From positions 28,521-92,520 of the forward strand of contig JBCDLH010000004.1 of assembly GCA_038745585.1 (NCBI GenBank): 64,000 nucleotides of DNA, written 5' to 3'. A program made the position numbers and the translations under genes. Positions 39,471 to 48,308 of this stretch are shown here, piece by piece. Below the pieces are notes generated by a model. It made no database searches. It saw nothing but the letters and a program-made list of their open reading frames with translations, and was not told where the DNA came from. How positions within the stretch are numbered: position 1 is the stretch's first letter; each line of letters begins with the position of its first letter. The DNA comes from Pseudomonadota bacterium (GTDB taxonomy: Bacteria; Pseudomonadota; Alphaproteobacteria; Rhodobacterales; Rhodobacteraceae).

Positions 39471-39907
39471 TGCAGAGCCTCTCGAATGCGCGGGTTCATG
39501 AGCTGCGGTCACGGCCAGACAAGCGTTCCGCCATGTCTCGCTTCGCCGCCCCGGATCACAAGCGTGTCGCGCGGATGATCGGCTACGCGCTGACGCTCGG
39601 TGCGTCGGATCTCGATGCCTGGGCGGGCGCTGTGTTGGTTCTTCGCACCCGTCTCGCCCGCGATGAGCGCCTTCTGCTGACCGCCGCCGCCTATCAGAGT
39701 TTGGAATCCGAGGATGCCGAGCGCTTCCTTCGAGGTGCCTCTCCGCGGCCCTCGCGACCCTATCCGATGTTCGACCCTGGCGATGCCGAGCTTTGGGTAG
39801 AAAGCGCCTCCGAAGAAGAGCTCATTGGATACGCGTCCGCCGCAATGAAAGCGATGCGCCTGGCGATGCGAGATGGGCTTCTCAGCAAGATGCGGAGAGC
39901 CGCGTGA
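39467..39907 (+). CDS. hypothetical protein
   Basis: 146-aa ORF whose start overlaps the previous stop. It is translationally coupled in the replication module. Confidence 0.5.
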   Translation: MMQSLSNARVHELRSRPDKRSAMSRFAAPDHKRVARMIGYALTLGASDLDAWAGAVLVLRTRLARDERLLLTAAAYQSLESEDAERFLRGASPRPSRPYPMFDPGDAELWVESASEEELIGYASAAMKAMRLAMRDGLLSKMRRAA

Positions 39908-41292
39908 GTGCCCTCGACGCCTCTTCCTCAAACCCGCGCTACGTGGAGCTGCCCGGCTTTATTGAGCCGTCGGAGGATGGGGTGGCCCGTGCTTTCACGG
40001 AGGCGCATGGTCAGTACCTCAAGTTCGATCACGACGCCAACACCTGGTACGGGTGGCAGGGCGACCACTGGGGCAAAGAAGGGACCGGCAAAGCTTTCAA
40101 TTACTGCCGAGAACTCGCCAGGACAGCCTCAGAGGGCCTAAAGCAAGACATGCAGGCCAAGTTGCGAAGGGCGTCGTTCGCAACCGGAGTTGAGCGTATG
40201 GCGCGCTGCGATCCGGTCCACGCGGTCAATGCCGACGAATGGAATGCCGATCCTTGGCAGCTTGGTTGCCCGAACGGCACGGTGAACCTGCGCACCGGAG
40301 AAGTGGACGACCCGCATCCGTCGGACAGGATCACGCGCGTCACGGCGGTCGCGCCTGCGTTGACGCCCCACTGCCCAACTTGGTTGAGCTTCTTGAGGCA
40401 AGCCACAGGGGGCGACCTTGAGATGGTCGCCTTCCTGAAGCGATGGTGCGGCTACTCGCTAACCGGGTCCACGCGCGAGCACGCGCTGATTTTCCTTTAC
40501 GGACCAGGGGGAAATGGGAAGTCGGTCTTCCTGAACAGCGTCTCCGGCATCCTCGGGGGCTACGCTACGATAGCCGCGATGGACGTCTTCACGGCGTCGA
40601 AGACCAGCCAACATCTCACCTTCCTCGCGATGCTCGACGGCGCCCGCATGGTGACAGCCTCCGAAACCGAGGAGGGGCGCGCATGGGCGGAGGCTAGGAT
40701 CAAGCAGATGACGGGGGGCGACCCCATCACGGCCAATTACATGCGACAGGACCCGTTCACGTTCACTCCACAGTTCAAGCTGACCATAGTCGGCAACCAC
40801 CAGCCGGTTCTACACAACGTCGATGACGCCGCGCGGCGACGCTTCAATATCGTCCCCTTCACCGTGAAGCCGTCCAACCCCGACCGGGATCTCGAAGCCA
40901 AGCTGAAACGTGAGTGGCCCGGTATCCTGCGGTGGATGATTGAGGGCTGTTTGGAATGGCAGGAGCACGGCCTGCGCCCACCCGAAAGCGTGCTCGCCGC
41001 CACTGCCGCATACTTCGAGGACCAGGACTTTGTTGGCCAGTGGCTCGCAGACAAGACCGTGGTTGAGCCCGCCAACGACCACCGATGGGAGACGGCAGCA
41101 GACCTCTTCTCGTCGTGGAAGGACTACGCGCTAGCCGCCGGTGAGAGCCCAGGTACTTCCAAATCGCTCGCATCCAAGCTCACCCGCCACGGTCTGCGCC
41201 GCGTCACGAAGAAGATGCAAGGGAGCGCAAAGCGGGCTTGGTTGGGCGTTTCGCTGAACAGACCGGAGGGTTGGCATGACGTCGATGGCTAA
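39904..41292 (+). CDS. D5-N / P4-family SF3 helicase (phage/plasmid primase C-terminal domain type)
   Basis: GTGA overlap with the upstream stop. D5_N-like DPWQLGCPNGTVNLRTGEV...SDRITRVTAV, then FLKRWCGYSLTGSTREHALIFLYGPGGNGKSVFLN (Walker A) and MVTASETEEG (Walker B region). No N-terminal primase domain is evident. Confidence 0.85.
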   Translation: MSALDASSSNPRYVELPGFIEPSEDGVARAFTEAHGQYLKFDHDANTWYGWQGDHWGKEGTGKAFNYCRELARTASEGLKQDMQAKLRRASFATGVERMARCDPVHAVNADEWNADPWQLGCPNGTVNLRTGEVDDPHPSDRITRVTAVAPALTPHCPTWLSFLRQATGGDLEMVAFLKRWCGYSLTGSTREHALIFLYGPGGNGKSVFLNSVSGILGGYATIAAMDVFTASKTSQHLTFLAMLDGARMVTASETEEGRAWAEARIKQMTGGDPITANYMRQDPFTFTPQFKLTIVGNHQPVLHNVDDAARRRFNIVPFTVKPSNPDRDLEAKLKREWPGILRWMIEGCLEWQEHGLRPPESVLAATAAYFEDQDFVGQWLADKTVVEPANDHRWETAADLFSSWKDYALAAGESPGTSKSLASKLTRHGLRRVTKKMQGSAKRAWLGVSLNRPEGWHDVDG

Positions 41293-41307
41293 CTCTCGGA
41301 GCCAAAA

Positions 41308-41492
41308 GGTTACCGATCAGGGGCAAAGTTACGGATCGGTTACCGATTGGGAGAGGCAATCGGTTACCTCCAAGACACTGACACAAAACAATAAAGACCT
41401 CGGGTTACCGATGGTTACCGATTTTTGGGGGATATACGCATACGCGCGCACGCATAAGGGGGAATGCGAAGTAACGGTAACCATCGGTAACC
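41308..41492. repeat. iteron-like array of GGTTACCGAT (candidate replication origin)
   Basis: Direct copies at 41308-41317, 41327-41336 (2 mismatches), 41338-41347, 41362-41368 (7-mer core), 41403-41412 and 41413-41422. Inverted copies (ATCGGTAACC) at 41473-41482 (1 mismatch) and 41483-41492. An A+T-rich spacer ACACAAAACAATAAAGA lies at about 41381-41398. Confidence 0.7.
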
Positions 41493-41550
41493 GGTATCCC
41501 TTTGGGTCCCGTCGTTGCGCTCTCGGCTTCCTCTCAGAGGGGGGCACGCA

Positions 41551-41997
41551 ATGACCCGCGCACGCCGAAACAACGGAACCAGTACGGAAGGCCGCAACCC
41601 GGACGGCACGTTCGCGTCAGGCAACCCTGGTCGCCCCAAAGGCTCCCGGCATCAAACCACCCTTGCCGTCGAAGCGCTTCTTGAAGGCGAGGCTGAGGGC
41701 CTAACCCGCAGAGCCGTGGAGCTAGCCCTAGAGGGCGACACGACCGCGCTGCGGCTCTGCTTGGAGCGGATCGCACCGACCAAGAAGGACGCGCCGGTCC
41801 GCTTCGACCTTCCGCCGATGAACACCGCTCAGGACGCGGCGCGTGCTGCGGACGCCATCCTGGCGGCGGTGTCTCGCGGCGACCTCACGCCCCTCGAAGG
41901 GACTAGCGTGATGGCTTTGGTCGAAACTTTTAGACGCACCCTCGAAACCACCGAGTTCGAAGCCCGCATTGCAGCTCTGGAGGAGCAATCCCGATGA
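41551..41997 (+). CDS. DUF5681-like phage-associated protein
   Basis: MTRARRNNG...GTFASGNPGRPKGSRHQTT is the characteristic GNPxGRPKG N-terminal motif, followed by a helical C-terminus. Confidence 0.7.
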   Translation: MTRARRNNGTSTEGRNPDGTFASGNPGRPKGSRHQTTLAVEALLEGEAEGLTRRAVELALEGDTTALRLCLERIAPTKKDAPVRFDLPPMNTAQDAARAADAILAAVSRGDLTPLEGTSVMALVETFRRTLETTEFEARIAALEEQSR

Positions 41998-42257
41998 CCC
42001 TCGCCCAACGCATTCGAAAGCTCGAAGCCAAACATGCCAGCACGCCCAACGACGGCGTCATACTGATGACGCGTGTTTCGCCGGACGGGTCCGCATGGCC
42101 CTGTACGGCTCACTTCGTCGGGAACAGCACCCGCGTCCAGCGTGACCCCGACGAGCCGGAGGACGCGTTCCACGAACGTGTCGGTGCCGTCTACCGCGAG
42201 CTCACGGGACGAAACCCCGAATGGAACCATAAGAAGGACCCCACCAATGCGGCTTAG
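41994..42257 (+). CDS. small hypothetical protein (paralogue A)
   Basis: 87 aa, ATGA-coupled to the upstream gene. N-terminal LAQRIRKLEAK and C-terminal DPDEPEDAFHERVGAV. Confidence 0.5.
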   Translation: MTLAQRIRKLEAKHASTPNDGVILMTRVSPDGSAWPCTAHFVGNSTRVQRDPDEPEDAFHERVGAVYRELTGRNPEWNHKKDPTNAA

Positions 42258-42474
42258 GAACAGACTTAGCGACCTCAAACAGCGCAGCGCAGTCGGAAGC
42301 ACCGGATCTCGGATGGTCTTCTGCTGGCTGAATGAGCGCTGCGAGAGAGCCGAAGCCTTCGGGACCGGCTTCACCATCAAGCGACACGCGCACGAGACCG
42401 AAACAGACTTCGTTCGACGGGCAGAGGCAGCCAGCGGCGAAACACAGGCACAGGAGCAGACCCATGCCAACTGA
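42247..42474 (+). CDS. small hypothetical protein (paralogue B)
   Basis: Internal ATG of ORF 42073..42474, with an 11-nt overlap with the previous gene. LRNRLSDLKQR and HAHETETDFVRRAEAA. Confidence 0.45.
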   Translation: MRLRNRLSDLKQRSAVGSTGSRMVFCWLNERCERAEAFGTGFTIKRHAHETETDFVRRAEAASGETQAQEQTHAN

Positions 42475-42682
42475 CGAAACCTCCGAGTATGAAAGCCACC
42501 CAATCACCGTGCCGCCCAATTCGACCGTGGAGGTGTTTCTGGTCGAAGAGGATGGCACGCGCAGCCTGCAGAGCGTCCTGGGGCGGGGCTGGCGGCTGGC
42601 CCGCAGACCCAACGAAACCAAAGAGGACTTCACCCGCCGGGCAGAGATCCTGACGCCGTACCTTTCACTGGAGGACGGGTGA
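42464..42682 (+). CDS. small hypothetical protein (paralogue C)
   Basis: Internal ATG of ORF 42332..42682, again with an 11-nt overlap. RPNETKEDFTRRAEIL. Confidence 0.45.
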   Translation: MPTDETSEYESHPITVPPNSTVEVFLVEEDGTRSLQSVLGRGWRLARRPNETKEDFTRRAEILTPYLSLEDG

Positions 42683-42740
42683 TGGGACTCGTGAAAACGA
42701 ACGGGCTGACCGATAACCGGCGCCGTCGCGGGAGGGAGCT

Positions 42741-44687
42741 ATGACCCTTCTCCACGATCACCGATTGCAGGGCGTTCACCCCACCCTCGGATCAATTCTA
42801 TCGGCTGCGGCGGCGAGCTACGGGCGACCCGTGGGCATCTCGGAGGGCCTGCGTGACAGAGACCGGCAAGCCAAGCTGGTTCAGCAAGGCAAGTCGAGAA
42901 CGATGAACAGTCGCCACCTCACGGGTCGCGCAGCGGACATTCACCTCCTCGGCCCGGACGGCTCCGCAAATTGGGACTTTCCGGCCTATGAGAGCTTTTG
43001 GACCAACCACGTCCAACCCATCGCGGCCGAGCGCGGCGTGCCGATCACCTGGGGCGGTAATTGGAAGTCACTCCGCGACGGGGTGCATTTCGAACTCGGC
43101 CCGGATTACGACGCCGGATGGCGTTCCCCTCTCATCGGCAAGGCTGCGAACGGCACGCTCGCGGGCGGCCTGTCCATCACCCCAACGCAGGAGCAAGACA
43201 CCATGCAGCAAGGTCTTCTCGGAATGCTCACACAGCAAGAGCCCCCTCAGCGGCCCCAAGGCCTCCTTGGCCAAGTGCTCGCGCAATCCCACGGCCAGGG
43301 CGGCGGTGGTGGCCCTTGGGCCGAGACGGGCAGCGCGGGCGACAACGCAATACAAGGCGGATTGACCATGATACCACCAAGGCGACAAACCCCTGCGGCA
43401 ACAACAGCGCCAATGCAATACGACAGTCCGCGTGGGCTGCTAGGCATGATGTTTCCAAACATGTCTGCCGAGACGCGAGACACTATCCGAATGGGGATGG
43501 CCGGGCTCGGCGGCCTAAGCGTAGTCGGTCCCAATACCGCCGTGCAGCAGGGCGTTTTGCAACGTCGTGCTGATTATCGCGCAGCAAAAGAGCGGGACGG
43601 GCAGCGCCAGGCGAAGACTCAGCAGCGCAATCAAACGTTGGAATGGATTGCAGACCAGGCGCGGCAGAACCCGGCCTATGCCGAACTGTATGAAGCTGCG
43701 GCGGCGGGGGTCATCAGCCCCGGGGAGGCATTCAACACCGTCTATCAGATGAAGAGGGAGCAGGGGCAGCCCGTGCGCGGGATCAACATCGGCGGGCGGC
43801 TGGTCAACCCGCAGACCGGTGCGGTCATGGCCGACTTCTCCGAAGGCGACAGCCCCTCGCCCTACACTCAGGCGGGCAAGCTTGCGGCGGATTTGCGGGC
43901 CGGTCTCATTGACGAGAGCCAGTACCGCGCAGGGCTCGCCCGCATGGATGACAGCGCGCCGTCTTCGGCAGAGGCCGAGATTGGGCGGATCATGGAGACC
44001 GTGAACCCGAACACGCAGCGCCCATTCACACGGGAGGAGGCGATCCAAGTCGCGGACCTCTCCACGGTCAGCCGCGATCCGGTGACGGGCGAGGCGCAGA
44101 TCCTCAACCGGGCCTCGGGCAGGCCGATGGCATCGCCAGCACCGCAGACCCCGCCCGCGCTGCCTCCGCCCTCACCCTCGCCCGAACGGTCCCCGGCAGA
44201 GTTCGGCAACGTCGCGGGAGCCCTGGGCGCGCGTGGGGTGGCGGCGAATACGGTCAACACCATCGGCGACACGCTCGGCCTCGGGCTGGCCTTCCCTTGC
44301 GCCGAACAGGCCGAAAGCGCACTGCGCAACCTGTCGACGCAAACTATGCTCACGCTCTCCGGCGAATGGGCGGGGCGCCCGTCCAACCTCACGCGCGAGA
44401 GGATCGAGCAACTGACGGTGCGCCCGAACGAGCTCAAGACCGGTCAGGGTGGCGCGCTCATCAAACTGCGCGATATGCGCAGGCTCATCGAGAACGCCAT
44501 CTCGGCCTCGGAGGGGGTGCAAGCGGGCCGGTACAGCCCAACGCAGAAGACCCAGGCCCAGCAGCGCGTCACGGCCTTGTCGAACCTCTTGCAGCAATAC
44601 AACGGCGTCATCGCCAATCTGGAAGGCAGTGCCGGGAATGGCGGCGGCCAGACATCGAGCGGCGTCCGGTGGAGTGTCGAGCCATGA
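42741..44687 (+). CDS. M15-family peptidoglycan peptidase domain fused to a long Gly/Gln-rich and helical region (virion-associated lysin-like)
   Basis: The N-terminus has SRHLTGRAADIHL and GGNWKSLRDGVHFEL (VanY/M15 zinc-peptidase motifs). Repeated GLLGM/GLLGQ motifs and coiled regions follow. 648 aa. Confidence 0.75.
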   Translation: MTLLHDHRLQGVHPTLGSILSAAAASYGRPVGISEGLRDRDRQAKLVQQGKSRTMNSRHLTGRAADIHLLGPDGSANWDFPAYESFWTNHVQPIAAERGVPITWGGNWKSLRDGVHFELGPDYDAGWRSPLIGKAANGTLAGGLSITPTQEQDTMQQGLLGMLTQQEPPQRPQGLLGQVLAQSHGQGGGGGPWAETGSAGDNAIQGGLTMIPPRRQTPAATTAPMQYDSPRGLLGMMFPNMSAETRDTIRMGMAGLGGLSVVGPNTAVQQGVLQRRADYRAAKERDGQRQAKTQQRNQTLEWIADQARQNPAYAELYEAAAAGVISPGEAFNTVYQMKREQGQPVRGINIGGRLVNPQTGAVMADFSEGDSPSPYTQAGKLAADLRAGLIDESQYRAGLARMDDSAPSSAEAEIGRIMETVNPNTQRPFTREEAIQVADLSTVSRDPVTGEAQILNRASGRPMASPAPQTPPALPPPSPSPERSPAEFGNVAGALGARGVAANTVNTIGDTLGLGLAFPCAEQAESALRNLSTQTMLTLSGEWAGRPSNLTRERIEQLTVRPNELKTGQGGALIKLRDMRRLIENAISASEGVQAGRYSPTQKTQAQQRVTALSNLLQQYNGVIANLEGSAGNGGGQTSSGVRWSVEP

Positions 44688-47254
44688 GCCAAGTCACGCT
44701 GAACATCGAAGGCCAGAAGGTCAAAGTCGACCCGTCGTTTCTGCAGCTCTCCCCGGAACAGCAGGAGGCTACGGTCGAAGAGATTGCCCGCAGCATCGGC
44801 GCCCAGCCACAGCAGAGCGGTGGCCTCATGGGCCAAGTCAATCAGGGCATCGCCGAAAGCGTCGGAGGCGTCGTGGACGTCCTCAACCCGTTCGACACGC
44901 CCGCTGTGAGCCAGGCCCTCGGCATGGGCGACCGGCTCACGACCGGATCGGCTGTCTCAGGCCTAGAGCGCGGCATGGACGCCGCAGGCATCGCCCGAGC
45001 CCAAGGTGCCCCCCAGACGGGCGCTCAGAGCTTCGCACGGGGGCTGGGACAGGCCGCAGGGGCCGCTCCCGTCGCTGGGATGGGGGCACAGGCCCTTAGC
45101 GGCGCGAGCGGGCTCCTGGGCCGGGTCATGGGCGATGCAAGCCGCACCCTCAATTCCGGGGGCGGTCTGATGTCCGAACTCCTCGCCGGTGGGGCGGCCC
45201 GTGCCTCTCAGGACGCGGCAACCCGCGCAGGAGCCCCAGATTGGGCCGCACAGAGCGCAGGTCTCCTCGGGGGCATGGCGACGGCGGCAGTGCCTTACGT
45301 GGCCTCACGGACGCCTACAGCGCTCGGAGCGCGCCAATTGGGACGGGCGGTCCAAACGGCGGCGATGCCCTACACCCGCTCAGGGGCGCAGGAGGTGGCG
45401 CGTCAGCGGGTCCAGGAGCTTGCGGGCGGGCCGGAGCGTGCTGCCGAGCTTGCGGGCCGGATCAGCAACAGCACCGAGCTTGGCCTGACCCCCGCACAGC
45501 AGACCGCAGATCCGAACATGCTGGCGCTGGAGCAGACTGCCGCGCGTCAGGAGCCGAACCTGCGGGACCGGCTGACCCGGCGCGCGGAGACGGGCCAGGG
45601 CCTCGCAGTGGAGCGGATGCCTGGCGCGGATGGCAGCGTGCAAGAGGCGCAGAGCTTCTTTGACCGTCGCCAGCAGGAGGCACTCCAAAGCATCCAGGCC
45701 CGTGTGGACCGGGCGACCAACGGTGCCCTGCGCCCTACGTCGCGCAACACGCCGATGGAGAACAGCGAGAAGGTGGCGCGCCAGCTTCGGGCGGCGGAGA
45801 CGCAGGCGGATGCGGAAGAAGCGGCGCTTTGGGCTGCGGTGCCCAAGGGAGCGCACGTTGGCACCGAGAGCCTTAGGCGCACGGCAACTGAGCTGATCCA
45901 GGCCACCCCACGGGCGCAGCGGGGCGATATCCCGCGCGTCGTGACAAACCTTCTCGGCGACGGCGCCAACAATGGGTTTGCTGAGTTCGAAACCGTCTCA
46001 GAGGTGCACGGGCTTTACTCCGAGATGCGCCGCGTGGCGCGCTCTGCAATGGCGGGTAATGACCAGAACCGGAACTTGGCGCGTATCGCGAACACCATCG
46101 CGGACGCAGCTCTGGACGACCTTGGCGCGGGGGCTGGCGCGACGGAGATTGGTCGGACCATCGACGCGGCGCGTGCTTTCTCGGCAGCCAAGCACCAGAC
46201 CTTCGACCAGGGCACGGTTGGGCGGCTCCTGAAGCGCACGCTCGACGGCGACGAGGCTATCCCGCCTCAGCTCACCCTAGAGCGCACGATGGGACGCGGC
46301 GGCGCACGCGGGGCCGTAGCTTACGACGACATCACCACAGCGGCGGACACCAACCCAGTGCAGAACGCGGCCGAGGATTACGTCATCGGTCTCTTTGACC
46401 GCGCCTCGTTCAAGCCGGACGGATCGCACAATCCGAACGGCGCCATGCGGTTCCTCAGCGAGAACCGGGAAATGCTGTCTCGCATGCCCTACCTTAGAGA
46501 GACGCTCAACGAGAGCTTGCGTACCCAGCAACTGGCGGGCTCACTGGCGGCGCGGGGCACCCGCGTCGCAGCGGATGCGCAAAACCCAAGCCGCTCGGCC
46601 ATAGCGGCGTTCACGCAAGCAGCACCGGAGAGCGCGGTTGACCAGGTATTTGCGGCGCGGAGGCCTTCAACGGAAGCGGTTCGTCTCGCGCGCACTGCCC
46701 GCAAAGACCAGACGGGGCAGGCTCTTCGTGGTCTTAAGTCTGCTTTTTCTGCTCACCTGATCCGGCAGAGCACGACCCCGAGCGGCTTGTCCGGCCAGCG
46801 AATGCAGACCTTCCTGCGCTCCCCGGAAAACCGATTGGCCATGACGACCATGCTCTCCGGCCCGGAAGTGCGACGCATGGATGCCATTGCAGGCGAGCTG
46901 ACGAAGCTGGAAGCGGCCCAGGTCGCAGCCCCGGATATCGGCGGCCTCTCAAAGCGCTCGCCCAACCGGGTCCTAGAAATCGTCGCACGGGTTTATGCGG
47001 CTCGCTATGGCGCCCAAGCGGGCGGTGGCGGTGGTGCCTCTATCCAGACGGCCAACATGGCCTCAGGGCGCGCCAAGGAGCTGCTGGGCCGGCTCCAAAA
47101 CGACAAGGCCGAGCAGATGCTCATCGACGCCATCGAAGACCCAGAACTCTTCCGTACGCTCCTCACGGACCCCGGTAAGATCACGCCGGGCACAGAGACC
47201 TACAACCGCCTGGCGCCGTACTTCACCGGTGCGCTGGCCGGGACAGGGGAGTGA
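44684..47254 (+). CDS. large hypothetical protein (856 aa; helical, Ala/Gly/Gln-rich)
   Basis: ATGA overlap with the upstream stop, starting MSQVTLNIEGQKVKV. The upstream extension of the 985-aa ORF lies inside the previous gene. No catalytic motif was recognised. Confidence 0.65.
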   Translation: MSQVTLNIEGQKVKVDPSFLQLSPEQQEATVEEIARSIGAQPQQSGGLMGQVNQGIAESVGGVVDVLNPFDTPAVSQALGMGDRLTTGSAVSGLERGMDAAGIARAQGAPQTGAQSFARGLGQAAGAAPVAGMGAQALSGASGLLGRVMGDASRTLNSGGGLMSELLAGGAARASQDAATRAGAPDWAAQSAGLLGGMATAAVPYVASRTPTALGARQLGRAVQTAAMPYTRSGAQEVARQRVQELAGGPERAAELAGRISNSTELGLTPAQQTADPNMLALEQTAARQEPNLRDRLTRRAETGQGLAVERMPGADGSVQEAQSFFDRRQQEALQSIQARVDRATNGALRPTSRNTPMENSEKVARQLRAAETQADAEEAALWAAVPKGAHVGTESLRRTATELIQATPRAQRGDIPRVVTNLLGDGANNGFAEFETVSEVHGLYSEMRRVARSAMAGNDQNRNLARIANTIADAALDDLGAGAGATEIGRTIDAARAFSAAKHQTFDQGTVGRLLKRTLDGDEAIPPQLTLERTMGRGGARGAVAYDDITTAADTNPVQNAAEDYVIGLFDRASFKPDGSHNPNGAMRFLSENREMLSRMPYLRETLNESLRTQQLAGSLAARGTRVAADAQNPSRSAIAAFTQAAPESAVDQVFAARRPSTEAVRLARTARKDQTGQALRGLKSAFSAHLIRQSTTPSGLSGQRMQTFLRSPENRLAMTTMLSGPEVRRMDAIAGELTKLEAAQVAAPDIGGLSKRSPNRVLEIVARVYAARYGAQAGGGGGASIQTANMASGRAKELLGRLQNDKAEQMLIDAIEDPELFRTLLTDPGKITPGTETYNRLAPYFTGALAGTGE

Positions 47255-47258
47255 GCAC

Positions 47259-47573
47259 ATGCGGCGCCTTTCGCGAGCCGAGTTGATCCTCGCCCAGGCC
47301 ATCCTGGAGCCGACATGGGCCATCCCCAACGCACCCAGCCATCTCATCGACCAGCACAGGCGCGAAATCCCCGCCATCCAATCGGTCGAGGACTTCACCG
47401 AGATGATGGCGCAGTACCACCAGGCCATCCACGCGGCCGCTGCCTCAGACAGTGCCCACGCCCATGCGCTGGTGCACGCGGTGGCAGGGCGGTTGCTGGA
47501 GTATGCCACAGAGCGCGAGCCGGAGCCGTGGGCATCGACTCTGCCGCCGGAGTCGGTTCGCTTCGATGCGTGA
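47259..47573 (+). CDS. hypothetical protein
   Basis: Internal ATG 4 nt after the previous stop (MRRLSRAELILAQ...). 104 aa. Confidence 0.45.
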   Translation: MRRLSRAELILAQAILEPTWAIPNAPSHLIDQHRREIPAIQSVEDFTEMMAQYHQAIHAAAASDSAHAHALVHAVAGRLLEYATEREPEPWASTLPPESVRFDA

Positions 47574-48308
47574 GGCGAAGCAATAGAAGTTTTCTTGGGG
47601 GCCACAATACTCGGGGTTCTGCGGATTACTGCGAAAGCATTGCACTATCAGCAAACTGATCGAAGGCCGCCCTGTGACATCTTTTCAGTGGTCGACCTAA
47701 GCCTCTGATATTTCGTCGGTAAAACCCCGACGTTGCAAGGATTTGAGCACGCGCGCTGCTCGTTGCGACGCCGGCCCAAGCGGCATCTTCGCAGCCGGTC
47801 ACCGGTCATGTTCGGCGCGGTGGTCAATGTCGCAGATGCGGGACTTTGCGGACCTTACTTCAGCTTAAATTTTGCGTGGTGAGCTGACGTTGACGGCTCT
47901 GGAACCGCTCTTCCGGTTTATCCCCTAAGCCGCCTTTAGCGGCAGCGCGGCACATGACCGAATTGGGCTAAAACCAGACTACACCCTTAATGTCCGTTTC
48001 GCCGACATGGCTCTACACCTGGGCCTGCATTGAATGCGCAAAAGCCTGCAGCTGGAACGCCGCTTCACAATGCGATACCCAGCTTGGGTCCTGTTCTGGT
48101 GCAGGGTTTCTCACACCACTAAGGCTGCGCTGACAATGCGCATAGTTGTCTGCCTTCTCCACCACCTAAGAAGCTCGAAGCCGCTCGGCTGTTGATCGTA
48201 AAAAGGATGTGCTCTCGGACAGAGCGCCGCCCCAACCATTTTTGTGGTGACACGGATGAGTGGCATCGAGCGGGACAGCAGCGACGGCATTTCTGTTGGG
48301 CTCGGGCA

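Noticed and set aside
41276-41554. 92-aa ORF spanning the GGTTACCGAT repeat array
   Set aside because: Its sequence is dictated by the repeats (VTD...VTD...VTS...VTD). It has no RBS and overlaps both neighbouring genes, so it is better explained as non-coding iteron DNA. The array is also not a CRISPR: the repeats are only 10 bp and there are no regular spacers.
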